A stretch of DNA of 64,000 nucleotides from Escherichia coli (GTDB lineage: Bacteria > Pseudomonadota > Gammaproteobacteria > Enterobacterales > Enterobacteriaceae), in NCBI RefSeq assembly GCF_017348835.2, contig NZ_CP071375.1, one strand, 5' to 3'. Position numbers and translations under genes: made by a program. The stretch's first letter is position 1. Each line of letters starts with the position of its first letter. This document shows, piece by piece, positions 1 through 11,391 of this stretch. The notes under the pieces were generated by a model. That model was given only the letters and a program-made list of their open reading frames with translations. It was not told the origin of the DNA and made no database searches.

Positions 1-512
1 GCTCTGGCGACAGGTAACTGTGCCAGCCGCAGGGCATTCTGCCCGACTTCACTGCGACAACGCAGGGTCGGCGCAGCATCGCACGCTTTTTGCTGGGCAA
101 GCAGTTCTTCAACTGTCGTAACGCTTTTCACTTCAACTGGAATAGCCGCCAGACTGCGCTCAAGTCGGGCATCTCCTGGATGACGTTTCAGTTGATCCTC
201 AAGCAACAGCCGCGCCCGGTCATCATGACCAAAATGGCGATAGGCTTCCGCAAGGTATAAAGACAGCGGAATATTATCCGGCACCTGCTGGTGTATATAT
301 TCAAATTCGCGGATGGCGGTTGCTTCGTCGTTATTTTTCTGTGCCTTCAGCGCCTTATCGAGACGGGGATAAATAACAAAATGGCGATAATCGCTCAGCC
401 CCAGCTCTTCTGCGCTGGTGCCGATATTGTCTGCGAGTGCGCTGGTACTCAATAAAGACGTCAGCAGTAAACCAGACCATCCGATGACGCGATTAAGGTT
501 ATTCTCCTTCAT
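1..512 (-). CDS. nfrA: NfrA, phage N4 adsorption protein A; N-terminal part only, gene continues past the window start
   Basis: Reverse complement of 480-512 reads MKENNLNRVIG, starting 9 nt downstream of the nfrB stop; frame stays open to the window edge; product recognised by recall. Confidence 0.8.
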   Translation of the reverse strand, partial: MKENNLNRVIGWSGLLLTSLLSTSALADNIGTSAEELGLSDYRHFVIYPRLDKALKAQKNNDEATAIREFEYIHQQVPDNIPLSLYLAEAYRHFGHDDRARLLLEDQLKRHPGDARLERSLAAIPVEVKSVTTVEELLAQQKACDAAPTLRCRSEVGQNALRLAQLPVAR

Positions 513-2736
513 TTTCGGACTCCAGTTGCGCAACCTGTTCTGTGTTTAAACCTGCTTTGAGTAATAGTGATTGCATCGAAACTTGTAATTCGCGTTGAAT
601 TGTCAGGACGCGATCCAACGTTTCCTGGCTGATAACGCCTTCGGTGACCAAAAACTTGCCGAGCGGCAGAGAACTGCGTTCATGGCGCAATAACAACACG
701 TTAATTGCCGAACGATTAATATGACCGAGCGTGGTCAGTATTTCGGCGAACAGGAACTGATGCGGCACATATTGCCGCCAGATTTCACCGGCCTGCTGTT
801 CCGTGAGCCACTGATGCTGAACCGCATTGTACAACATTGCCCGCGGATCGTGACCGCGTCGGCGTGCATACCAGTGACGTAACCCCGTGACAATTTGTCC
901 CCGCAGAACAATGACGTAACGCACTTTGCGTCCGACTTTACGCGTCAGGGCCGCCAGCGAAACCGGGTCAATACCATCTTCACTGCCGACAATTAACTCA
1001 TCATTTTCCAGACGCAGCGGCAGTACCGCATAATGCAGCGCCACGGAGGGCGGCATTTCGGCAATCAGCGAGGAAGGGATCTGCCAGGCATCGATGGATT
1101 CCCACGCCACGCCGTTTTGCTCTGCCAGCGCCTGTGCCAGCTGCTCGGCGCTAATCAGCCCCTGCATCAGCATTGAACCGCCCAGGCGTAGACCTTCGAC
1201 GCGATTACGCAGTGCTGTATCGAGTTGTTCTTCAGTGATGACCTGATTTTCCAGCAGAATTTGACCTAACGGGCGCAACGAGCGGGTATCGCCAGTCACG
1301 CTGGGGAAGTCATGCGTTGTTTTATCCCACGCGACGCGACGTGGATCGCCGTGTTGAAGTACCTGTTTTAACGCGCGCCAGTTGGCCATGAAGTTAATCA
1401 GGTTGCCCCAGAAAAGACGCAGGACAGATAGTAGCCCCTGCGTCAGGCCGTAGTAGCCAGTGACGAAAATCACCCGCTGCACGATGCGGTTAACCATCAA
1501 GCCAAAGTTTAGCCACAGCAGGGTCATTAACCATGCGCTGCCGCTAAAAATAGAAAGGAAATGCCAGGCATCGGGCCACAAACTTTCATACGCCAGCAAC
1601 AGCAAAAGCTGGATCATCACCAGCATCGCGAGGAAGCTGACAAAGTTACTGATTGCCCCTTTGCGGTCGCGCCAGAGAAAGTAGTTCAGCGTCAGGCTGG
1701 AGGTCCATTTATGGGTTTTAAAGCCCTGGAAAACAATGCCGATGATCCAGCGGGATTTTTGTCGAACCGCAGTCGAAAAGGTATCGGGGAAATATTCGCG
1801 CACGCAGATCATGTTTGACGTCCGTGCGTGCTGTAAAAATTTACGCTGCTCGCGTTCTTTGGCTTCGTCCACCACCGGAAAACGGACAAAAATTTCCGTC
1901 ATACCTTTTTCTTTCAGGCGGAAGCCAATGTCGTAATCTTCAGTAAGACTCTGCACGTCGAAAGCAATACCGTCACCGTCAGCTAACAGTGCGGTCACGG
2001 CGCGGCGGCTGAAACAGGTGCCGACGCCTGCGCTGGGCACTTGTCCGGCGAGGGCTTCACGCACCGGAACATCTTTTCCATGCAGTTCTGAAAACTCATC
2101 AATGTAAGTCATGCTGGTGAAGTGCGTCCATTCGCGTTCGAACGGATACACCGGGATCTGAATCAGATCTTTACGCTCGACCAGATAGTTGAACAGACGC
2201 AACTCCATCGGTGAAATTACGTCTTCGGCGTCATGCAGAATAAAACCAGCAAAAGCGAAATTGGCGCTACGCTCAAATTGGGTGATGGCGTCCAGCACGT
2301 TGTTCAGACAGTCGGCTTTGCTGGTGGGGCCAGGACGCGCGCAGACTACCTTATGCACATTCGGGAAGCGAGCGCACACTTCGTCAACATCACGCTGAGT
2401 GTCCGGGTCGTTGGGGTAGGTGCCAACAAAGATATGATAGTTTTCGTAGTCGAGCGTGGTCGCCGCCAGCTCGGCCATATTGCCGATGACGCCCGTTTCA
2501 TTCCACGCCGGAACCATAATCGCTAACGGTTTTTCATCTGGTTTATACAGTTCGCGGTAACTCATTCGCGGGTAGCGGCGATAAACACTCAACTTGCGTT
2601 TAATGCGGCGTACCCAGTAGACGACATCAATAAAAAAATCGTCCAGCCCGCTGATGAACATGATGACCGCTAACGTTATCGCGATTACTTTTAAGCCATA
2701 GAGCCAGGTAGCAAAAACATCAAGAAGCCAGTCCAC
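499..2736 (-). CDS. nfrB: NfrB, membrane glycosyltransferase required for phage N4 adsorption
   Basis: 745-aa ORF with N-terminal TM helix and glycosyltransferase-like core; recognised by recall. Confidence 0.92.
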   Translation of the reverse strand: MDWLLDVFATWLYGLKVIAITLAVIMFISGLDDFFIDVVYWVRRIKRKLSVYRRYPRMSYRELYKPDEKPLAIMVPAWNETGVIGNMAELAATTLDYENYHIFVGTYPNDPDTQRDVDEVCARFPNVHKVVCARPGPTSKADCLNNVLDAITQFERSANFAFAGFILHDAEDVISPMELRLFNYLVERKDLIQIPVYPFEREWTHFTSMTYIDEFSELHGKDVPVREALAGQVPSAGVGTCFSRRAVTALLADGDGIAFDVQSLTEDYDIGFRLKEKGMTEIFVRFPVVDEAKEREQRKFLQHARTSNMICVREYFPDTFSTAVRQKSRWIIGIVFQGFKTHKWTSSLTLNYFLWRDRKGAISNFVSFLAMLVMIQLLLLLAYESLWPDAWHFLSIFSGSAWLMTLLWLNFGLMVNRIVQRVIFVTGYYGLTQGLLSVLRLFWGNLINFMANWRALKQVLQHGDPRRVAWDKTTHDFPSVTGDTRSLRPLGQILLENQVITEEQLDTALRNRVEGLRLGGSMLMQGLISAEQLAQALAEQNGVAWESIDAWQIPSSLIAEMPPSVALHYAVLPLRLENDELIVGSEDGIDPVSLAALTRKVGRKVRYVIVLRGQIVTGLRHWYARRRGHDPRAMLYNAVQHQWLTEQQAGEIWRQYVPHQFLFAEILTTLGHINRSAINVLLLRHERSSLPLGKFLVTEGVISQETLDRVLTIQRELQVSMQSLLLKAGLNTEQVAQLESENEGE

Positions 2737-2885
2737 ACAAAAACCTTACATTAACGCTGGTTATGTTTAGGGTGGCGTATATTAAGGTTTTTTATGAATT
2801 GTGACAGCTTTTTACCATTAATAGGTATGACTATTGCGGCACGTTATTTTTACACTGGTTATAAAAGTTGCCGTTTGCTGAAGGA

Positions 2886-4328
2886 TTAAGCGGGTAATGT
2901 GATAACAAACCTTGTCCCCCGCGCATTTGACGTAACCGCAACCGTGCCTTTATGCGCGACAACAATTGATTTCACTATCGCCAGCCCAATGCCGCTACCT
3001 TCGCCTTTTCGCTGGCGGGAGGGGTCAACGCGGTAGAAACGGTCAAACAATCGCGGTAAGTGTTCGGGCGCAATGGGCGTACCGGGGTTTTCGACGATAA
3101 CTTGCACCTGATGCTCGACCGTCTGGCAGCGCACTACAATAGCCTCACTGGGTGGCGTATAACGTAGGGCATTAGAAAGCAGGTTGCTTAACGCCCGACG
3201 CAGCATCAGCGGATCGCCCGCAACCTGACATTCGTCGCCAACAAATCGCAACTCCACGCCGCGATCTTCCGCTAACGCCTCGAAAAAATCGAACACTTTG
3301 CCGATTTCATCCGCCAGGTTGAGCATTTTCTTTTCGGGGATTAGCTGGTTGTTATCGGCCTGAGCGAGAAACAGCATATCGCTGACCATTTTCGCCATTC
3401 GCGTCAGCTCTTCGAGATTAGAGTAGAGCACATCTTCCAGTTCCTTCTGGCTGCGCGACTGGCTGAGGGCGATTTCCGTTTGCGTTATGAGATTAGTAAT
3501 TGGTGTGCGAATTTCGTGGGCGATATCCGCTGAGAAATTGGACTGGCGGGTAAAGACATCCTCAATACGCTCGATCATATGGTTGAACGACAGTACCAGC
3601 TGTTCCAGCTCAATGGGCACGGTCTGCGGGTCAAGGCGGACGTCGAGATCTTTCGAGGTGATATTCTGGATTTGACGGCTGACGCTGCGGATCGGCGCGT
3701 GACCTTTATGTACCGCCAACAGTACGATAAAGACGATTAGGATGCTGATTACCGATGCGGTCATAATAAGTTTATTCATCAAATCATTTATGTAATGAAG
3801 ATGAAAATCGATCGAAAGCGCGATGTAGAGCGTATAAATCGGTTTGCCGTCCACCAACGGGCCAACCGGCAAGTTAATCATCCGCCAGTTGCTGTGTTCC
3901 ATATGCCCGTGACCGTGGCCTGGCATCATCATCGTCGGGCCGGAAAGGAGATACACCTCGCCACCCTGAGCGTCTTTATCGGGTATGGCGTCACGCGTAA
4001 ACTCGCGGATATCCGGCGCACCGGGGGAGTGATACACCGTTTTACCCTGGCTATCTGCCAGGGAAATCAACACATTGGAATAACCACTGACGATATCTTC
4101 CAGCGTCATTAAGCGTCGGGCTTGCATTTCGTCAGGGTGATTTAGTACCCGTTCAAGGGTGGCGCTAATCTCTTTTAAATCATTAATATCCTGCTCGGCA
4201 AAATGCACTTTTACTGAGTGGATCATGATCCATGCAAAGGCGAAAAACGCCGCGATGGTGGCCAGGCTGATAAAAAAGGTCAGGCGGGTTGCCAGCGAAA
4301 ACGGGCGCTGAAATGGCTTACTGACCAT
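2886..4328 (-). CDS. cusS: CusS, copper/silver-sensing histidine kinase
   Basis: ORF 2886-4340; start taken at internal Met (MVSKPF...) giving 480 aa; [20 protein letters not shown] kinase motifs; 11-nt overlap with cusR. Confidence 0.9.
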
Positions 4329-5001
4329 CCGGCACCTCAAGCATGTAACCCACGCCGCGCACGGTTTGAATCAGCTTCGGCTCAAAGTCGTTGTCGATTT
4401 TGCCGCGTAGCCGCTTCACCGCCACATCAATGGCGTTAGTGTCGCTGTCGAAATTCATGTCCCATACCTGCGAGGCGATAAGCGAGCGGGGCAGCACTTC
4501 GCCCTGATGGCGAAGGAAAAACTCCAGCAGAGTAAATTCTTTACTGGTCAGAGTGATGCGCGTGCCGCTGCGGGTGACTTTGCGGCTGACGAGATCGACC
4601 ATCAGATCGGCAACCTGAAACTGACTTTCGATAATCACCGCCGCCCCGCGCCGCAGGAGAGTGCGCACCCGCGCCAGCAGTTCAGCAAAAGCGAATGGTT
4701 TCACCAGGTAGTCATCTGCCCCCAACTCCAGCCCCTTGACGCGATGTTCAATGGTGCCAAGCGCGGTAAGCAACAGAATCGGCATCCCTTTATTGGCGGA
4801 GCGCAACATGCGCACGATATCCCAGCCGTTCACGTCCGGCAGCATAATATCGAGGATTATCAGATCATAATCACCGGTCATCGCCAGATGGTAGCCATTC
4901 AGCCCGTTGTCGGCCAAATCGACCACAAAACCGGCTTCGGTTAACCCTTTGGTCAAGTATTCTCCGGTTTTCTTTTCATCTTCGACAATCAACAGTTTCA
5001 T
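4318..5001 (-). CDS. cusR: CusR, OmpR-family response regulator
   Basis: 227-aa [19 protein letters not shown] receiver domain plus winged-helix C-terminus. Confidence 0.93.
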
Positions 5002-5066
5002 ATTTCCTCCGCATGTTGCCCGGGCAATTCTAGAGTAGCGGGATCAGATGGCAATCGCTTATTGGC

Positions 5067-5088
5067 AAAATGACAATTTTGTCATTTT
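5067..5088. promoter_or_regulatory. CusR box: perfect palindrome AAAATGACAA-TT-TTGTCATTTT in the cusR / cusC divergent promoter
   Basis: Palindrome read directly at 5067-5088, placed between the divergent cusR and cusC starts. Confidence 0.8.
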
Positions 5089-5157
5089 CCTGTCACCGGA
5101 AAATCAGAGCCTGGCGAGTAAAGTTGGTGGTATAAAATCACCAGAAATTATCAGCCT

Positions 5158-6540
5158 ATGTCTCCTTGTAAACTTCTGCCATTTTGTGTGGCCCTTGCGC
5201 TAACCGGTTGTTCACTGGCACCGGATTATCAGCGCCCGGCAATGCCCGTGCCGCAGCAGTTCTCACTCAGCCAGAACGGCCTCGTTAACGCAGCAGATAA
5301 CTACCAGAACGCGGGCTGGCGCACCTTTTTTGTTGATAATCAGGTGAAGACGCTGATTAGCGAGGCGCTGGTGAATAACCGGGATTTGCGCATGGCGACG
5401 CTGAAAGTGCAGGAAGCGCGGGCGCAATATCGTCTGACCGATGCTGACCGCTACCCACAGCTCAATGGCGAGGGCAGCGGCAGCTGGAGCGGCAATCTTA
5501 AAGGCGATTCAGCCACGACGCGGGAGTTTTCTACTGGCCTTAACGCCAGCTTTGACCTCGATTTTTTCGGGCGCTTAAAGAACATGAGCGAAGCCGAGCG
5601 ACAAAATTATTTAGCCACTGAGGAAGCTCAGCGCGCGGTGCATATTCTGCTGGTTTCTAATGTCGCGCAAAGCTATTTCAATCAGCAGCTGGCGTATGCG
5701 CAATTGCAAATAGCCGAAGAAACGCTGCGTAATTATCAGCAGTCATATGCGTTTGTCGAAAAACAACTGTTGACAGGTAGCAGTAATGTTCTGGCGCTGG
5801 AACAGGCTCGCGGGGTGATTGAAAGTACCCGCAGCGACATCGCTAAACGTCAGGGGGAACTGGCGCAGGCGAATAATGCATTGCAACTGTTATTGGGAAG
5901 CTACGGCAAGCTGCCGCAAGCGCAGACAGTAAACGGCGGCAGTCTGCAAAGCGTTAAATTACCGGCGGGCTTGTCGTCGCAAATCTTATTGCAGCGCCCG
6001 GATATTATGGAAGCTGAACATGCGTTAATGGCGGCTAATGCCAATATTGGTGCTGCACGCGCGGCATTTTTCCCGTCTATCAGCCTGACCAGCGGAATAT
6101 CAACCGCCAGCAGCGATCTGTCGTCATTATTTAACGCCAGCAGCGGGATGTGGAATTTTATACCCAAAATTGAGATCCCCATTTTTAATGCCGGACGTAA
6201 CCAGGCCAATCTGGATATCGCCGAAATTCGCCAGCAGCAGTCGGTGGTGAATTATGAACAGAAAATCCAGAACGCCTTTAAAGAAGTGGCAGATGCGCTG
6301 GCATTACGTCAAAGCCTGAACGATCAAATTAGCGCCCAGCAGCGTTATCTGGCATCGCTGCAAATTACTTTGCAACGGGCGCGGGCATTATATCAGCACG
6401 GCGCAGTAAGTTATCTGGAAGTGCTGGATGCCGAGCGTTCTTTATTTGCAACCCGACAAACTTTACTTGACCTGAATTATGCCCGTCAGGTTAACGAAAT
6501 TTCTTTATATACCGCACTTGGTGGCGGTTGGCAGCAATAA
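5158..6540 (+). CDS. cusC: CusC, outer-membrane efflux channel lipoprotein
   Basis: 460-aa ORF with lipobox LTGCS near N-terminus; TolC/OprM-like. Confidence 0.92.
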   Translation: MSPCKLLPFCVALALTGCSLAPDYQRPAMPVPQQFSLSQNGLVNAADNYQNAGWRTFFVDNQVKTLISEALVNNRDLRMATLKVQEARAQYRLTDADRYPQLNGEGSGSWSGNLKGDSATTREFSTGLNASFDLDFFGRLKNMSEAERQNYLATEEAQRAVHILLVSNVAQSYFNQQLAYAQLQIAEETLRNYQQSYAFVEKQLLTGSSNVLALEQARGVIESTRSDIAKRQGELAQANNALQLLLGSYGKLPQAQTVNGGSLQSVKLPAGLSSQILLQRPDIMEAEHALMAANANIGAARAAFFPSISLTSGISTASSDLSSLFNASSGMWNFIPKIEIPIFNAGRNQANLDIAEIRQQQSVVNYEQKIQNAFKEVADALALRQSLNDQISAQQRYLASLQITLQRARALYQHGAVSYLEVLDAERSLFATRQTLLDLNYARQVNEISLYTALGGGWQQ

Positions 6541-6563
6541 CTTTTAACTCCAGGAGAGAATAA

Positions 6564-6896
6564 ATGAAAAAAGCACTGCAAGTCGCAATGTTCAGTCTGT
6601 TTACCGTTATTGGCTTTAATGCCCAGGCTAACGAACATCATCATGAAACCATGAGCGAAGCACAACCACAGGTTATTAGCGCCACTGGCGTGGTAAAAGG
6701 TGTTGATCTGGAAAGCAAAAAAATCACCATCCATCACGATCCGATTGCTGCCGTCAACTGGCCGGAGATGACCATGCGCTTTACCATCACCCCGCAGACG
6801 AAAATGAGTGAAATTAAAACCGGCGACAAAGTGGCGTTTAATTTTGTCCAGCAGGGCAACCTTTCTTTATTACAGGATATTAAAGTCAGCCAGTAA
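6564..6896 (+). CDS. cusF: CusF, periplasmic copper chaperone
   Basis: 110-aa ORF with signal peptide and His/Met-rich mature N-terminus; SD-like GGAGAG upstream. Confidence 0.92.
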   Translation: MKKALQVAMFSLFTVIGFNAQANEHHHETMSEAQPQVISATGVVKGVDLESKKITIHHDPIAAVNWPEMTMRFTITPQTKMSEIKTGDKVAFNFVQQGNLSLLQDIKVSQ

Positions 6897-6911
6897 CCCA
6901 GGTTTAATGAG

Positions 6912-8135
6912 ATGAAAAAAATCGCGCTTATTATCGGCAGCATGATCGCGGGCGGTATTATTTCTGCGGCAGGTTTTACCTGGTTTGCAAAGGCTGAACC
7001 ACCCGCAGAAAAAACATCGACCGCAGAACGTAAAATCTTATTCTGGTACGACCCTATGTATCCCAATACGCGGTTCGATAAACCAGGTAAATCGCCGTTT
7101 ATGGATATGGATCTGGTGCCGAAATATGCCGATGAAGAGAGTTCTGCGTCTGGTGTGCGCATTGACCCGACTCAGACGCAGAATCTGGGGGTGAAAACGG
7201 CTACCGTCACGCGCGGACCGCTGACTTTTGCCCAGAGTTTCCCGGCGAATGTCAGTTACAACGAGTATCAGTATGCCATTGTGCAGGCTCGCGCTGCCGG
7301 GTTTATCGACAAGGTGTATCCGCTTACCGTGGGCGATAAAGTACAAAAGGGCACACCGCTTCTCGACCTGACCATTCCTGACTGGGTGGAAGCGCAGAGT
7401 GAGTATTTACTGCTGCGCGAAACCGGCGGTACGGCGACCCAGACTGAAGGCATTCTTGAGCGGCTGCGACTGGCGGGAATGCCGGAGGCGGATATTCGCC
7501 GCCTGATCGCCACGCAAAAAATCCAGACTCGCTTTACGCTCAAAGCACCCATTGATGGCGTGATCACCGCGTTTGATCTGCGCGCGGGAATGAATATCGC
7601 CAAAGATAACGTGGTAGCGAAAATTCAGGGTATGGACCCGGTGTGGGTCACTGCTGCGATCCCGGAGTCTATCGCCTGGCTGGTGAAAGATGCCTCGCAG
7701 TTTACGCTCACCGTTCCGGCACGACCGGATAAAACACTCACCATCCGCAAATGGACGCTGCTACCCGGCGTGGATGCCGCGACCCGCACGCTGCAGCTGC
7801 GTCTGGAAGTCGACAACGCCGACGAGGCGCTAAAACCGGGCATGAACGCCTGGTTGCAACTCAATACCGCCAGCGAACCGATGCTGCTCATTCCGTCACA
7901 AGCGCTGATTGATACCGGCAGCGAACAGCGGGTGATTACCGTTGATGCCGACGGGCGCTTTGTACCGAAACGCGTTGCCGTTTTCCAGGCATCGCAAGGT
8001 GTCACCGCATTACGCTCTGGTCTGGCGGAAGGTGAAAAGGTGGTTTCCAGCGGCCTGTTCCTGATTGATTCCGAAGCCAATATTTCTGGCGCACTGGAGC
8101 GGATGCGCTCTGAAAGTGCTACCCATGCGCATTGA
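6912..8135 (+). CDS. cusB: CusB, membrane fusion protein of the Cus efflux pump
   Basis: 407-aa ORF directly after cusF; recognised by recall. Confidence 0.92.
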   Translation: MKKIALIIGSMIAGGIISAAGFTWFAKAEPPAEKTSTAERKILFWYDPMYPNTRFDKPGKSPFMDMDLVPKYADEESSASGVRIDPTQTQNLGVKTATVTRGPLTFAQSFPANVSYNEYQYAIVQARAAGFIDKVYPLTVGDKVQKGTPLLDLTIPDWVEAQSEYLLLRETGGTATQTEGILERLRLAGMPEADIRRLIATQKIQTRFTLKAPIDGVITAFDLRAGMNIAKDNVVAKIQGMDPVWVTAAIPESIAWLVKDASQFTLTVPARPDKTLTIRKWTLLPGVDAATRTLQLRLEVDNADEALKPGMNAWLQLNTASEPMLLIPSQALIDTGSEQRVITVDADGRFVPKRVAVFQASQGVTALRSGLAEGEKVVSSGLFLIDSEANISGALERMRSESATHAH

Positions 8136-8146
8136 GGGAATAACCA

Positions 8147-11100
8147 ATGATTGAATGGATTATTCGTCGCTCGGTGGCGAACCGTTTTCTGGTGCTGATG
8201 GGCGCGTTATTTCTGAGTATCTGGGGCACCTGGACCATCATTAACACGCCAGTGGATGCGTTGCCGGATCTCTCCGATGTGCAGGTGATTATTAAAACCA
8301 GCTATCCCGGTCAGGCACCGCAAATCGTTGAAAATCAGGTGACTTATCCGCTAACCACCACCATGTTGTCGGTGCCTGGCGCGAAGACTGTGCGTGGTTT
8401 CTCGCAGTTTGGCGACTCTTATGTGTATGTCATTTTCGAAGATGGCACCGATCCGTACTGGGCGCGCTCGCGGGTGCTGGAGTACCTCAACCAGGTACAG
8501 GGTAAGCTGCCTGCGGGAGTCAGCGCCGAGCTGGGGCCAGATGCCACGGGTGTTGGCTGGATCTATGAATATGCACTGGTGGATCGCAGCGGTAAGCACG
8601 ATCTTGCCGATTTACGCTCATTGCAGGACTGGTTTCTCAAATATGAGCTAAAAACCATCCCTGACGTTGCGGAAGTGGCGTCGGTGGGCGGTGTGGTGAA
8701 AGAGTATCAGGTGGTTATCGATCCTCAGCGCCTGGCGCAGTATGGCATCAGTCTCGGCGAAGTGAAAAATGCGCTGGATGCTTCAAACCAGGAAGCGGGC
8801 GGTTCGTCGATCGAACTGGCGGAAGCGGAATATATGGTGCGCGCCAGCGGCTATCTGCAAACGCTCGACGACTTTAATCACATCGTTTTAAAAGCCAGTG
8901 AAAATGGCGTGCCCGTTTATCTGCGTGATGTTGCGAAGGTCCAGGTTGGCCCGGAGATGCGCCGGGGCATTGCCGAACTGAACGGCGAAGGCGAAGTGGC
9001 AGGTGGGGTGGTGATCCTGCGCTCCGGCAAAAACGCCCGAGAAGTGATCGCCGCCGTGAAGGACAAACTGGAAACGCTGAAAAGTAGTCTGCCGGAAGGC
9101 GTGGAGATAGTTACAACATACGATCGCAGCCAGCTCATTGACCGCGCCATCGACAACCTCAGCGGCAAGTTGCTGGAAGAGTTTATTGTGGTGGCGGTAG
9201 TCTGTGCGCTGTTTCTCTGGCATGTGCGCTCGGCGCTGGTGGCGATTATTTCGTTGCCGCTGGGGTTGTGTATTGCTTTTATTGTCATGCACTTTCAGGG
9301 ACTGAACGCCAATATTATGTCGCTGGGCGGCATTGCGATTGCCGTCGGGGCGATGGTCGATGCCGCTATCGTCATGATCGAGAATGCGCATAAACGGCTG
9401 GAAGAGTGGCAGCACCAGCATCCTGACGCCACGCTGGATAATAAAACGCGCTGGCAGGTGATCACCGATGCGTCTGTTGAAGTGGGTCCGGCGTTGTTTA
9501 TCAGTCTGCTGATTATCACGTTGTCGTTTATCCCGATCTTCACCCTGGAAGGGCAGGAAGGGCGTCTGTTTGGCCCGCTGGCGTTCACTAAAACCTATGC
9601 GATGGCGGGCGCGGCGCTGCTGGCGATCGTAGTGATCCCGATCCTGATGGGCTACTGGATCCGTGGCAAAATTCCGCCGGAAAGCAGTAACCCGCTCAAT
9701 CGCTTTTTGATTCGTGTTTATCATCCGCTATTGCTGAAAGTACTGCACTGGCCGAAAACCACGCTGTTGGTGGCCGCGCTTTCGGTGCTGACGGTTCTCT
9801 GGCCGCTCAATAAAGTTGGCGGGGAATTTTTACCGCAGATCAATGAAGGCGACTTGTTGTATATGCCATCGACGCTGCCGGGGATTTCCGCAGCAGAGGC
9901 GGCGAGTATGCTGCAAAAAACCGACAAGCTAATTATGAGCGTACCTGAAGTGGCGCGGGTATTTGGCAAAACCGGGAAAGCGGAAACCGCCACCGATTCT
10001 GCTCCGCTGGAGATGGTAGAAACGACCATCCAGCTTAAGCCGCAGGAGCAGTGGCGGCCAGGCATGACGATGGACAAAATCATTGAGGAACTGGATAACA
10101 CCGTGCGTCTGCCGGGGCTGGCGAATCTGTGGGTGCCGCCAATTCGTAACCGTATCGATATGCTCTCGACCGGCATTAAAAGCCCCATCGGCATTAAAGT
10201 TTCCGGCACTGTGCTGGCGGATATCGACGCGATGGCGGAGCAAATTGAAGAGGTGGCACGAACGGTGCCAGGCGTGGCTTCTGCTCTAGCCGAGCGTCTG
10301 GAAGGTGGGCGCTATATCAACGTTGAGATTAACCGTGAAAAAGCCGCGCGTTACGGTATGACGGTGGCAGATGTGCAGTTGTTTGTGACTTCTGCTGTGG
10401 GCGGGGCGATGGTTGGCGAAACGGTGGAAGGAATTGCCCGTTATCCAATTAATCTGCGTTATCCGCAAAGCTGGCGCGATAGTCCGCAGGCACTGCGCCA
10501 GCTGCCGATTCTGACGCCGATGAAGCAGCAAATCACCCTGGCAGACGTGGCCGACGTTAAAGTCTCTACCGGACCGTCGATGCTGAAAACCGAGAATGCG
10601 CGCCCGACGAGCTGGATTTATATCGATGCCCGCGATCGTGACATGGTGTCGGTGGTTCACGATTTGCAAAAAGCGATAGCTGAAAAAGTGCAGTTAAAAC
10701 CGGGCACCAGCGTGGCATTCTCCGGGCAGTTCGAGCTACTGGAGCGCGCCAACCATAAGCTGAAACTCATGGTGCCGATGACACTGATGATCATCTTCGT
10801 GCTGTTGTATCTGGCATTCCGTCGGGTGGGCGAAGCGTTGCTGATTATCAGCAGCGTACCGTTTGCGCTGGTGGGCGGCATCTGGTTGCTGTGGTGGATG
10901 GGCTTTCATCTTTCTGTGGCGACGGGCACTGGCTTTATTGCCCTTGCCGGGGTTGCTGCCGAATTTGGCGTGGTGATGCTGATGTATTTACGTCACGCCA
11001 TAGAGGCCGAGCCGTCGTTGAATAATCCGCAAACATTCAGCGAGCAGAAGCTGGATGAGGCGTTGTATCACGGCGCGGTTCTGCGCGTGCGCCCGAAAGC

Positions 11101-11290
11101 GATGACGGTGGCGGTGATTATCGCCGGTTTGCTGCCGATTCTGTGGGGAACGGGGGCTGGTTCAGAGGTGATGAGCCGGATTGCCGCGCCGATGATTGGC
11201 GGCATGATCACCGCGCCTTTGCTGTCGCTGTTTATTATCCCGGCGGCGTATAAGCTGATGTGGCTGCACCGACATCGGGTACGGAAATAA
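8147..11290 (+). CDS. cusA: CusA, RND-type inner-membrane copper/silver efflux pump
   Basis: 1047-aa ORF, 12-TM RND architecture; recognised by recall. Confidence 0.95.
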   Translation: MIEWIIRRSVANRFLVLMGALFLSIWGTWTIINTPVDALPDLSDVQVIIKTSYPGQAPQIVENQVTYPLTTTMLSVPGAKTVRGFSQFGDSYVYVIFEDGTDPYWARSRVLEYLNQVQGKLPAGVSAELGPDATGVGWIYEYALVDRSGKHDLADLRSLQDWFLKYELKTIPDVAEVASVGGVVKEYQVVIDPQRLAQYGISLGEVKNALDASNQEAGGSSIELAEAEYMVRASGYLQTLDDFNHIVLKASENGVPVYLRDVAKVQVGPEMRRGIAELNGEGEVAGGVVILRSGKNAREVIAAVKDKLETLKSSLPEGVEIVTTYDRSQLIDRAIDNLSGKLLEEFIVVAVVCALFLWHVRSALVAIISLPLGLCIAFIVMHFQGLNANIMSLGGIAIAVGAMVDAAIVMIENAHKRLEEWQHQHPDATLDNKTRWQVITDASVEVGPALFISLLIITLSFIPIFTLEGQEGRLFGPLAFTKTYAMAGAALLAIVVIPILMGYWIRGKIPPESSNPLNRFLIRVYHPLLLKVLHWPKTTLLVAALSVLTVLWPLNKVGGEFLPQINEGDLLYMPSTLPGISAAEAASMLQKTDKLIMSVPEVARVFGKTGKAETATDSAPLEMVETTIQLKPQEQWRPGMTMDKIIEELDNTVRLPGLANLWVPPIRNRIDMLSTGIKSPIGIKVSGTVLADIDAMAEQIEEVARTVPGVASALAERLEGGRYINVEINREKAARYGMTVADVQLFVTSAVGGAMVGETVEGIARYPINLRYPQSWRDSPQALRQLPILTPMKQQITLADVADVKVSTGPSMLKTENARPTSWIYIDARDRDMVSVVHDLQKAIAEKVQLKPGTSVAFSGQFELLERANHKLKLMVPMTLMIIFVLLYLAFRRVGEALLIISSVPFALVGGIWLLWWMGFHLSVATGTGFIALAGVAAEFGVVMLMYLRHAIEAEPSLNNPQTFSEQKLDEALYHGAVLRVRPKAMTVAVIIAGLLPILWGTGAGSEVMSRIAAPMIGGMITAPLLSLFIIPAAYKLMWLHRHRVRK

Positions 11291-11391
11291 AAGCAGGATA
11301 CCCCGTTTAACCGTGTGGATTGTGTCTTGCGACGATGGGCACTAAATGTTAAAAGGTGCCCCTCAACAAAAAAGACACACAGGGGAAAGGC

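Noticed and set aside
8888-9724. 278-aa ORF on the minus strand inside cusA (and similar long antisense ORFs at 9721-10209 and 10286-10669)
   Set aside because: Lies entirely antisense to the well-supported cusA coding sequence; translation is Arg/His/Gln-rich and low-complexity, typical of spurious antisense frames in GC-rich genes
11291-11355. Short GC hairpin GGGCAC-N13-GTGCCC after cusA as a terminator
   Set aside because: No U-tract follows and it overlaps the pheP ribosome-binding region; too weak to call
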